DNA from: an uncultured Spirochaetota bacterium
GTDB taxonomy: Bacteria; Spirochaetota; UBA4802; UBA5550
Assembly (NCBI GenBank): GCA_963827275.1
Contig: CAWHAA010000007.1
Location: forward strand, 64,001 to 128,000
Length of the DNA stretch: 64,000 nucleotides
Direction: 5' to 3'
Made by a program: the position numbers and the translations under genes. Positions 19,012-28,322 of this stretch are shown here, in pieces; positions within the stretch are counted from its first letter, which is position 1, and every line of letters starts with the position of its first letter. A model generated the notes under the pieces. The model searched no databases. It saw only the letters and a list, made by a program, of their open reading frames with translations, and was not told the DNA's origin.

Positions 19012-19935
19012 ATGAACATCACCCGACCCGGAACATATTTTCCGAGCGCGCCGCTCCTGGCGGCGCTCCTCGTGTTCGCCGCCTGCCAGCAGGAGAAGCA
19101 TGCCGCGGTCCCCGCAGGCCCGCCGGCGCGCATAGTGTCCCTCTCGCCGTCAATCACCCGCGAGATCGTTGACCTGGGATCGGGCGGCCGACTGGTCGGC
19201 GTCACCTCCTACGATGATCTGCGCGAAAGCGGCGTTGCCGTGGTGGGGACGCTGGTGCAGCCGAACCTGGAGGCAATCGTCGTACTCCGGCCCGATATCG
19301 TTCTGTATTCCGCCGAGGACGGGCTGGTGCAGAACATCGACAGGATCTCGGCCGCGGGGATCGCCGTATACGGCTTCGGCAGGAACAGGAATTTTGAGGA
19401 TATCTGCGGCAATTACCATGCCCTGGCGGGAATGCTGGGCCGGACCGATGAAGCGGTCCGGAATGTCGGCCGGTACCGCGACATGCTCGGGCGCCTGAAA
19501 AAAACAGGCGGCACGGCCGGACGTCCCCTCGTGGTCTTTCTCGTGTCATGCCGTCCGCTCATCGCCGCGTCGGCGGACTCGTTTATCGGGCAGATGGTGC
19601 ATGATGCCGGCGGCAGGTGCGCGTACGATGGCGGGGGGAGGCCCCATCCCCCGGTCTCTCTCGAATCGCTCGTGGCGGCGGATCCCGATGTCATCATCGC
19701 GATGACCGGCGGTGACGACACCGCCGATTTTTTCAGACAGCTGTCGCGCGATTTCAGGGACCTGAAATCGGTTTCCCGCGGCAGGCTGCACGACATCCCC
19801 CCGGACACGGTACCGTATTACACGCCGGCCGACTACGTGCGGTCCGTCGGGAGGATCTCCCGCATACTTGGAGCTCCCGCGGAAGCTCCGCAGGCGCCTC
19901 CGGCGAGCGGGGCGGGCACCCAAAAAAAACCTTGA
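19012..19935 (+). CDS. btuF: cobalamin/iron-siderophore ABC transporter substrate-binding lipoprotein (BtuF-like)
   Basis: Lipobox FAAC, RIVSLSPSIT, LVGVTSYD, PNLEAIVVLRPD, SLESLVAADPDVII. Confidence 0.8.
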   Translation: MNITRPGTYFPSAPLLAALLVFAACQQEKHAAVPAGPPARIVSLSPSITREIVDLGSGGRLVGVTSYDDLRESGVAVVGTLVQPNLEAIVVLRPDIVLYSAEDGLVQNIDRISAAGIAVYGFGRNRNFEDICGNYHALAGMLGRTDEAVRNVGRYRDMLGRLKKTGGTAGRPLVVFLVSCRPLIAASADSFIGQMVHDAGGRCAYDGGGRPHPPVSLESLVAADPDVIIAMTGGDDTADFFRQLSRDFRDLKSVSRGRLHDIPPDTVPYYTPADYVRSVGRISRILGAPAEAPQAPPASGAGTQKKP

Positions 19936-20039
19936 AATATGGCGTCCCGGTTATGGAATTGGCCGGGACGCGCCGCCCGTGGGGGAGCGGCGTCCCGCCT
20001 GAGCAAACGAAAGGAGTTATGGGAATGCCGGCAGATTAG

Positions 20040-20279
20040 ATCATACCGGACAATATCCACGTGCCCTTCGCGCCCGTTATTAAAGTAAAAGAAAAAATCA
20101 TTGATCTCAAGGCCGATATGGTTATACTCGCAACCGGGGCAAGGCCGGATGACGCGCTCTACTATGCGTGCCTTGAGGCGCGGGTGGCGCCCGAGGTGTA
20201 CAATATCGGTGATTCGGTTGAGCCGGCGAGGGTATTCGAGGCCACCAGGGCCGGGTATGAGCTGGGCAGGTCTCTCTGA
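20040..20279 (+). pseudogene. C-terminal fragment of an NADH:flavin oxidoreductase (enoate / 2,4-dienoyl-CoA reductase-like)
   Basis: ADMVILATGARPDD..Y...VYNIGDSVEPARVFEATRAGY; only about 80 codons, preceded by an in-frame TAG. Confidence 0.65.
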
Positions 20280-20320
20280 GCCTGACTGCGCCATGGCCCG
20301 GCTGCGCGGCGCGGGGACAT

Positions 20321-21295
20321 ATGAAAATACGCTATAAAATCCTGATCTTGATCGCCGTCGGCATTGTGCTGGTGCTGGCATCCCTTTCAATAGGGGGGAC
20401 CTTCATATCGCCCCGGGGGATCGTTGACTCCCTGTTGGGCGATCCGGCCGGCAGCAATTACATCATCCTGGTGAAGCTCCGCCTGCCGCGGGTGCTGCTC
20501 TCCCTGCTCATCGGCGCGTCCCTTGCGGTGAGCGGTACGGTGTTCCAGTCGGTGCTGAAGAACCCGCTTGCCGATCCCTATGTCATCGGCGTTTCCGGGG
20601 GCGCGGCCCTTGGCGCCACCGCGGGCATCGTGCTGAACGCGGGGCCCTTCATGGTGTCGGCCGCTGCGTTTTTCGGCAGCATCTGCGCCATCACCGGCGT
20701 GTACCTCCTCTCCGGGAAGATGCGCCTGGGGAGCCCGACCCTCATCCTCTCCGGCATCGCGCTCGGCTTCATCTTCTCCGCTGCCGTCCTGCTCATCTAC
20801 GCGCTCTCCCGCTCCGAGCAGATCCACCGCGCCATGCTCTGGCTCATGGGCGACCTCTCCGGCGCGCGGTACGACCAGCTCGGCGGCATGGGCGCGGTGT
20901 CGCTGCTCCTCATCCTCGCGGTCATCTATTTTCACCGGCACCTTGACGTGATATCAATGGGCGACAGGTTTTCGAAGAACCTCGGCGTATCGGGGCGGGA
21001 CATACGGGCCCTCTTCTGGATCGCGTCACTCCTTGCCGCGATATCGGTGTCCCTCGCAGGGGTGATCGGCTTCGTGGGACTTATCGTCCCCCACCTGATG
21101 CGGAGCATCTTCGGCCCCGCGCACCTGCGCCTGGTGCCTGCCGCTGCCGCCGGCGGGGCGCTCTTTCTCCTTGTCTCGGACGCCATCGGGCGGTCGCTCG
21201 TGCCGCCGTTCGAAATCCCCGTGGGCATCATTACCGGGTTCCTTGGCGGCGCGTTCTTCCTTGTTTTCATGCTGCGCAGGGAGGGGAGGGAATGA
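20321..21295 (+). CDS. btuC: FecCD/BtuC-family ABC permease
   Basis: LRLPR, KNPLADPYVIGVSGGA, GVIGFVGLIVPH, EIPVGIIT. Confidence 0.88.
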   Translation: MKIRYKILILIAVGIVLVLASLSIGGTFISPRGIVDSLLGDPAGSNYIILVKLRLPRVLLSLLIGASLAVSGTVFQSVLKNPLADPYVIGVSGGAALGATAGIVLNAGPFMVSAAAFFGSICAITGVYLLSGKMRLGSPTLILSGIALGFIFSAAVLLIYALSRSEQIHRAMLWLMGDLSGARYDQLGGMGAVSLLLILAVIYFHRHLDVISMGDRFSKNLGVSGRDIRALFWIASLLAAISVSLAGVIGFVGLIVPHLMRSIFGPAHLRLVPAAAAGGALFLLVSDAIGRSLVPPFEIPVGIITGFLGGAFFLVFMLRREGRE

Positions 21296-22077
21296 GCGTC
21301 TTTGAGCTGCGCTCGGTTACCGCCGGGTACGGCGCCGCGCCGGTGCTCCGGGGACTCGACCTTTCGGTCGGCGAGGGGGAGTTTATCTCCGTCATCGGGC
21401 CCAACGGGGCGGGGAAGAGCACCCTCCTCAGGGTCCTGTCCGGCGATATCATTCCGACGGGGGGCGAGGTGCTGTTCGACGGAACGCCCCTGCGTGAATT
21501 CCGCCGGCGCGACCTGGCGCGGCGGTTTTCGATCGTGCACCAGGCCATGGAGGTGTCGTCGCCCTTCACGGTGCGCGGATTTATCGCGCTGGGACGGTTC
21601 CCCCACCAGGGGGCGCTCACGGTTGAATCGGTCCTTGACCGCGAGCGGATCGATTGGGCGGCGGATACCGCGGGCGTGGGCAACCTGATGGAGCGTCACA
21701 TAACCGAGCTCTCGGGCGGCGAGCTCCAGCTCGTCAGGATCGCGCACGCCCTCGCGCAGAACAGCCGGGTGCTGGTGCTCGACGAGCCGGTGTCCCACCT
21801 GGACATCCAGCACACGGTGATGATCATGGACCTTCTCTGGAAGCTGCACCGAGAGGGGGCCACGGTGATGGCGGTCCTTCACGACATCAACATCGCGTCG
21901 GACTATTCAGACCGCATCATCGGGGTCAAGGACGGCTCGATGTTCTTCAACGGCCGCCCGGAGGATGTTTTAAAGTATGAAAGCGTCGAAGCGCTCTTCG
22001 GCACCAGCTGTATTGTCATGAAGAACCCGACGACGGGAAGGCCGTTCGTCTACCCGGTGCCGGGGTATGTGAAATAA
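21292..22077 (+). CDS. btuD: BtuD/FepC-family ABC ATPase
   Basis: GPNGAGKST, LSGGE, LDEPVSHLD, LHDIN; ATGA overlap with the permease. Confidence 0.88.
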   Translation: MSVFELRSVTAGYGAAPVLRGLDLSVGEGEFISVIGPNGAGKSTLLRVLSGDIIPTGGEVLFDGTPLREFRRRDLARRFSIVHQAMEVSSPFTVRGFIALGRFPHQGALTVESVLDRERIDWAADTAGVGNLMERHITELSGGELQLVRIAHALAQNSRVLVLDEPVSHLDIQHTVMIMDLLWKLHREGATVMAVLHDINIASDYSDRIIGVKDGSMFFNGRPEDVLKYESVEALFGTSCIVMKNPTTGRPFVYPVPGYVK

Positions 22078-22078
22078 A

Positions 22079-22106
22079 AAAAGCGGCGGACCGGTCCGCC
22101 GCTTTT
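22079..22106. terminator. bidirectional intrinsic terminator
   Basis: AAAAGCGGCGGACCGGTCCGCCGCTTTT perfect palindrome between convergent genes. Confidence 0.85.
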
Positions 22107-22130
22107 CAGCAGCTCCCCTGTTTCGTTATT

Positions 22131-22790
22131 CTACCACTCGTCGCTCTGCTTGTCGTCGTACCGTTCACGCACCACCGCGGTAATATCGTCAAGGTAGAGG
22201 TACGACCACGCTGAAGGCTTGCCGGTCGAGCTCGGCAGCCGGTACTGTATGTTCAGAAGCTTCATCGTTTTTTTCTGGTTCAGGAAATCGTCTTCCTGGG
22301 CTATTTTGTTGGTCAGTGTATAGGTGATTTTTTTCCATCCCGAGAAGTCGATCGTGGGAACGACCACGATCCGGTGGTTCTCTTTTTTCGTGTCCTGGAT
22401 CATGAATGAAATCTCCCCGAGGCTTCTCTTCCCGTACACCCAGAACGATATCGATTTGCAGTATTTATCGATCAGTATCTCTCTGGCGGGCTTGATGATG
22501 AACATATCGCCGCCCCGCGATTTGACCTTTATCCCCAGGTATTTCTTTGAGGTGCCGACCGCGGGCAGCTGGTCGCGGATGGTCAGCTTTGCCTCCTGGT
22601 CGCCGGTCTTGTTGAAGGTGATGTTTCTGTCCGCGTACGGGGCCGTTTCGAAGTCTTCCAGCATGATCTCCTGCCATACGGTGATTTTCTGTTTTTGCTT
22701 ATCCGCGGCATTTTCCTTTTCTTTGTCCTGCGAATACAGGGGTGCGATCAGCGCCGCTGCTATCAGGGCCAGCATGCATTTCTTTATCAT
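22131..22790 (-). CDS. flaA: flagellar filament outer layer (sheath) protein FlaA family
   Basis: Signal peptide, LEDFE, KKYLGIK, KSISFWVYG, IDFSGWKK, YLYLDDI; GGAGG RBS before ATG 22790. Confidence 0.8.
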   Translation of the reverse strand: MIKKCMLALIAAALIAPLYSQDKEKENAADKQKQKITVWQEIMLEDFETAPYADRNITFNKTGDQEAKLTIRDQLPAVGTSKKYLGIKVKSRGGDMFIIKPAREILIDKYCKSISFWVYGKRSLGEISFMIQDTKKENHRIVVVPTIDFSGWKKITYTLTNKIAQEDDFLNQKKTMKLLNIQYRLPSSTGKPSAWSYLYLDDITAVVRERYDDKQSDEW

Positions 22791-22837
22791 TATCGGGGCC
22801 TCCATTGGCGTTATGGACTTCTTGTTGTTGACGTGGT

Positions 22838-22866
22838 AGAATAGCAGGCGTTGTGGCGAGTGTCAA
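22838..22866 (-). promoter_or_regulatory. sigma70-type promoter of flaA
   Basis: TTGACA-17 nt-TATTCT on the minus strand. Confidence 0.65.
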
Positions 22867-23004
22867 TAAATTCTTTGCCGTGAAGCTAAAAAAGCGGCAT
22901 GCAGACATTAAATTGCTTGTAAATTAATAATCATGGTTATACAACAGGAGCATCGTTGATCATGTTCCGGATCGGAATCATAATACTCTGTTGCGGGCAG
23001 GTCC

Positions 23005-23385
23005 ATGGAATTAAGAAAAACAATACGGGTGAAATTGCCGGGGCATGAAGACCGAGGCCCCGGCATGTCAGAGATGTCATGCACGTTTGATTTTGACCCG
23101 AACCTGGGCGGGAGGCTTACCGACATCGGTCCCGGCGGCTTCGGGATCGAGATCCATGGCCTTAACGGGTCCCAGGCGGAAACGGTGAAGAACCTGGATT
23201 CCTTCATGATTACCATTAATTTTGATGGAGAATCGATGATGGCCGGGGTCAGGAACGCGTGGCACCGTGTCGTCTTTGAGGAGGGAGGCATGTTCCTCAA
23301 GTGCGGGGTGTCGATTGACGTCATCTCTCCTGACGACAGGCTCAGGCTCACGGGGATAATCGAAAAAATAAGGAACGGGCGGTAA
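23005..23385 (+). CDS. PilZ-like domain protein
   Basis: RKTIR (RxxxR) and DIGPGG (DxS/GxGG-like) motifs. Confidence 0.55.
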   Translation: MELRKTIRVKLPGHEDRGPGMSEMSCTFDFDPNLGGRLTDIGPGGFGIEIHGLNGSQAETVKNLDSFMITINFDGESMMAGVRNAWHRVVFEEGGMFLKCGVSIDVISPDDRLRLTGIIEKIRNGR

Positions 23386-23421
23386 CTCCATTCACGTCAA
23401 GCGCGCTGCCCTCACCGCGTT

Positions 23422-24009
23422 TCAGTCATGCTTGTATAGCTGAAGGATGAATTCGATAAGCTTCGGGGTTTCCACGTTGATCGGGTCAATGTACTCGAGT
23501 ATCCCGGCGAAGAGAAGAATGACCTGCGTGACCCTGCCGATGAACTGGGCCTCTGAATCGACTATTTCACTGCCGCTTTTCAGCTCCTTGATGGTGCCCG
23601 CGTACAGGTTCAGATGGTTTCGTATGAATTTCTTGATGATTTCACGGATCTTTTCGTCCTCAAAGCCGTAGAGTATGATGTTGATCAGGATGCGCATGTT
23701 CTTTTTATCGAGGAGGAACTTTTCTATCCCGAACAGGGTCGCGATCAGGGCGCGGTCGTTTTTATCGAGATCGAGACCCTGCACCACGCCGATCTGGTCA
23801 CGCTGTATCTGGTTGAAGAAATTCTCTATCAGGGCAACGTACAGCTCTTCCCTGGTGGGGAAGTAATGCCGCAGGCCCCCCTTGGAGAAACCGGCCTCCC
23901 TGGCAACGTCTTCAAGCGATACCTGCGAATACACGTCCTGTTCGAGACAACGTTTGAGCGCGTCCAGGATATGCTTCTTTTTCTTGATGACTTTCAGTTC
24001 TTTTTTCAT
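23422..24009 (-). CDS. TetR/AcrR family transcriptional regulator
   Basis: SLEDVAREAGFSKGGLRHYFPTREEL HTH. Confidence 0.9.
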   Translation of the reverse strand: MKKELKVIKKKKHILDALKRCLEQDVYSQVSLEDVAREAGFSKGGLRHYFPTREELYVALIENFFNQIQRDQIGVVQGLDLDKNDRALIATLFGIEKFLLDKKNMRILINIILYGFEDEKIREIIKKFIRNHLNLYAGTIKELKSGSEIVDSEAQFIGRVTQVILLFAGILEYIDPINVETPKLIEFILQLYKHD

Positions 24010-24185
24010 CGTTATCCTGTTATACTGTAAATGGATAAAATAGCCCGATCGGATGGAAATTATAAAATATTATTACATTTTTGTAAATAAATATTTTAAT
24101 TATCTTTTTTAAATATCACCATTTAATTATTTTATTGACATAATTCTGCGCAAAAAATGTATTTCGTAGATTGGTTTGAGAAGAA

Positions 24186-27100
24186 ATGCCCAAAAGAACA
24201 GATATAAAGAAGATTCTCATCATTGGCTCCGGGCCGATAGTTATCGGTCAGGCCTGTGAATTCGATTATTCGGGATCACAGGCCTGCAAGGCCTTGAAGG
24301 AAGAAGGCTACGAGGTCGTGCTGATAAACTCCAACCCGGCCACCATCATGACTGACCCTGATCTGGCCGACCGCACCTACATAGAGCCGATCACGCCGGA
24401 CTACGTTGAGAAGATCATTGAGATAGAGCGGCCGGACGCGCTCCTCCCCACGGTCGGGGGCCAGACGGCGCTCAACGTGACCCTCGCGCTCGGTGAGCGG
24501 GGCGTGCTCGAGCGCTACGGCACCGAGCTCATCGGCGCCAACATCGGGTCGATCCGCAAGGCCGAAGACCGCGACCTCTTCAAGAACGCCATGCTTTCCA
24601 TCGGCCTCTCCGTGCCCGCGTCGGGCCTCGCGTCGTCGATCGAGGAGGCGCTGGCGGTCCTCGAACGGGTCGGCCTGCCACTCATCATACGCCCCGCCTT
24701 CACCCTGGGCGGCACCGGCGGCAACATCGTGTATAACCGCGAGGAATTCATCGATCTCGTGGCGCGCGGACTGGACGAATCGCCCATCAGCCAGGTGCTC
24801 CTCGAGGAGTCGGTGATCGGGTGGAAGGAATACGAGCTCGAGGTGATGCGCGACAAGGCTGACAACGTGGTCATTATATGCTCCATCGAAAACATCGACC
24901 CGATGGGCATCCATACCGGCGACTCCATCACCGTTGCCCCCCAGCAGACCCTTTCTGACAGGGAGTACCAGAATTTACGGAACATGGCGATCAAGATCAT
25001 ACGGGAGATCGGCGTGGATACCGGCGGCTCCAACATACAGTTCGCGGTCAATCCCGCTGACGGCCGGATTATGATTATCGAGATGAACCCCCGGGTGAGC
25101 CGGAGCTCGGCGCTCGCGTCAAAGGCGACCGGGTTCCCCATCGCAAAGATCGCCGCAAAGCTCGCCGTGGGGCTCACGCTGGACGAGATCCCGAACGACA
25201 TCACCAGGGTGACCCCGGCGTCCTTCGAGCCGACGATCGACTATGTCGTGGTCAAGGCGCCCCGCTGGGCCTTCGAGAAATTCGAGGGCGCCGACTCGCG
25301 CCTGGGCACCCAGATGAAGTCGGTGGGCGAGGCCATGGCGATCGGCCGCACCTTCAAGGAGGCGTTCCAGAAGGCGCTGCGCTCGCTCGAGATCAGCCGC
25401 TACGGCTTCGGTTCCGACGGCGTCCTGAAAATCGTGGAGATGCTGAAGCGCCTGCCCGAACGGCACAAAAAGGACATCATCGAGAAAGAGCTCTTCAACA
25501 CCCGCGAGGACCGGATGTTTTTCCTCAACGTGGCCTTCAAGATGGGCTGGACGGTCGACAGGGTCGCACAGCTCACCGGCATAGACCGCTGGTTCCTGAC
25601 GCAGCTTGCCGAGATCGTGGCGGCGGCCCAGGACTACGCCGAGCGCTGCAAGGGCGCCGCCCTCTCGGCGGACGATCTGCTCCGGATGAAGCGCCTCGGC
25701 TTTTCCGACCGCCAGCTCGCCTACCTGGCCCACCGCGACGAGTTCGTACGCCTCTACGAGCGGGGACCCGATTTCCAGAAAGAGTATGCGGGCGGCCTGG
25801 CGGAAAAAGAGGACGAGGTGCGGAAGTTCAGGCTCGCGCATGGCATCGTCCCCGGCTTCAGGCTGGTGGACACCTGCGGTGGCGAGTTCGAAGCGTTCAC
25901 GCCCTACTATTATTCCGCCTATGACGACGCTGACGAGAGCGCCGCATCCGATAAGAGAAAGGTCATGATCCTGGGCGGCGGGCCAAACCGGATCGGGCAG
26001 GGGATCGAGTTCGATTACTGCTGCTGCCACGCCTCGTTCGCCCTCCGCGAGGAGGGGATCGAGTCCATCATGGTCAATTCAAACCCGGAGACCGTCTCCA
26101 CGGACTATGACACCTCCGACCGGCTCTATTTCGAGCCGCTCACCCTGGAGGACGTGCTCCACATATACAACAGCGAGAAGCCCGACGGCGTCATCGTCCA
26201 GTTCGGCGGGCAGACGCCCGCTGCGGCTGGCCCGCGCCCTCGAGAAGAACGGCGTGAAGATCCTGGGGACATCGCCCGATTCCATCGACCGGGCGGAAGA
26301 CCGCGAGCGGTTCGCGGAGGTCGTGCGGAAGCTCGGCCTGCGCCAGCCCGAGAACGGCATCGCCTTCGCGGAGGAGGAGGCCGTCCGCATCGCGGCCGGC
26401 ATCGGCTACCCGGTGCTGGTGCGCCCGAGCTACGTGCTGGGCGGCAGGGCCATGGCCGATCATCTACGACGAGAACGGCCTGCGCGACTACATCACGACC
26501 GCCGTGGAGCTGTCACCCGGCCACCCGATACTGGTGGATGATTTTCTCGAGGATGCCGTCGAGGTGGACGTGGACGCGCTCCACGACGGCGCGCACATCT
26601 ATATCGGCGCCATCATGGAGCACGTGGAAGAGGCGGGCATCCACTCGGGCGATTCGGCCTGCATCATCCCGCCGCCCTCCCTGTCGGAAGCGATGCTCCG
26701 GGAGATTTCCGAGACGACCGACGCGCTGGCGCGGGAGCTTGCGGTGCGGGGCCTCCTGAACATACAGTACGCGATCAAGGACGAGCTGCTCTATGTCATC
26801 GAGGTGAACCCCCGCGCGTCGCGGACCGTGCCCTTCGTGTCGAAGACGACGGGCGTGCCCCTCGCCAAGATGGCGGTGCGGGTCATGCTCGGTGCACGGC
26901 CTCGCGGAATACGGGTTGACCGCCATGAAGAAGGTGCCCTTCGTCAGCGTCAAGGAGGCGGTGCTTCCTTTTAATAAGTTCCCGGGGGTTGACACGCTCC
27001 TCTCGCCGGAGATGAAATCCACCGGCGAGGTGATGGGAATATCGGGGAGCTTCGGCGAGTCGTTCTACAAGGCGACGCTTGCCGCCGGCGACGCGCTCCC

Positions 27101-27512
27101 CGTCGACGGGACCGTGCTGCTTTCCATGAACACGCGCTCCCGCGACGAGCTGATGCCGGAGGTGCGGAGCCTCCACGAGGCGGGCTTCACCTTCATCGCC
27201 ACGGAGGGGACGGCGCAGTATTACAGCGACCAGGGCATCCCCTGCGCGACGGTGCACAAGGTCAGCGAGGGACGCCCCAATATCATCGACCTGTTGAAAA
27301 ACAAGGAAGTGGGCATGATAATCAACACCCCTTCCGGCAAGGTGTCCAAGGACGATTCGTTCCTGATCCGCCAGGCGGCGGTCAGGTACCATGTCCCGTA
27401 TATGACCACCATACAGGCCGCACGCGCGGCGGTCAGGGGCCTCCTGGCGCTCAGGCAGAGCAGCAGGATTTTTGTCCGGCCGATACAGGATTATCATAAA
27501 GAGGTGATCTAG
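24186..27512 (+). CDS. carB: carbamoyl-phosphate synthase large subunit, broken by three +1 frameshifts (near 26218, 26456, 26894)
   Basis: [30 protein letters not shown]; second half [49 protein letters not shown] and the MGS domain continue across three frames. Confidence 0.93.
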
Positions 27513-27516
27513 GAAT

Positions 27517-28056
27517 ATGGGTACAACAGTGTTGCTCCACAGCAGGGACATCGCGGAGATTATCGAGCGCCTGTCCGAACAGATATACCGCGATCTCGGG
27601 AGCGCGGAAAAGTTTGCGGTGGTGGGAATGCAGACCGGCGGGGTGGAGCTCGCGCGGCGGATCCGTACGCGCATAGAGCAGCTCTCGGGCAGGCAGATCC
27701 AGAGCGGCACGATTGACATCACCTTTTACCGCGATGACCTCACCACCAGGGGCGCCCTCCCTTCGATCAAGGAGACGGCAATCTCCTTTGATATATCCAC
27801 CATGACCATACTCCTCGTCGACGATGTCATTTTCACCGGGCGCTCCGCCAAGGCGGCGCTCGAAACGCTCACCTCGTTCGGCAGGCCCAAGGCCATCAGG
27901 CTCTTCGCCCTCGTGGACCGTGGAAACCGCGAGCTCCCGATCCAGCCCGATTACTGCGGGTACCGCGTCCGGACCGGCCTGAAGGACAACGTGGAGGTCG
28001 TCATTTCGGAAAAATCGCCTGCGGATGATATCGTCATTCATTCCGCCGCTGAATAG
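27517..28056 (+). CDS. pyrR: pyrimidine operon regulator / uracil phosphoribosyltransferase
   Basis: DITFYRDD, LVDDVIFTGR, LVDRGNRELPIQPDY. Confidence 0.92.
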   Translation: MGTTVLLHSRDIAEIIERLSEQIYRDLGSAEKFAVVGMQTGGVELARRIRTRIEQLSGRQIQSGTIDITFYRDDLTTRGALPSIKETAISFDISTMTILLVDDVIFTGRSAKAALETLTSFGRPKAIRLFALVDRGNRELPIQPDYCGYRVRTGLKDNVEVVISEKSPADDIVIHSAAE

Positions 28057-28322
28057 CCGGTCGCCCGACCTGCGCCCCGGTAACGCGCCCTGCGCTGATT
28101 TTTACCGCCAATGACACCCGCGCGCCCGGCGCCTGATATGACATAAGGCCCGCTAAAATGTAATTGACTGATACCATGAAGATGTGCGATATTCATTTTT
28201 GTAATGATATCATACGTTGTTACACCCGGCGGCATGGAACAGTGCCGGTCGTCAGCGTGTTCCGGGGGGTCCGGTCCATCAGCGTTGCCCCGGATGCAAT
28301 CCCACTATCACAGACGGTTACT

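Noticed and set aside
20025..20279. Pyrrolysine-containing protein via TAG readthrough
   Set aside because: Product would still be only an enzyme tail; no pyl genes in the window
24186..27512. Programmed frameshifting or a genuinely split carB
   Set aside because: No slippery heptamers; three successive shifts would be needed and the same +1 pattern recurs in unrelated genes
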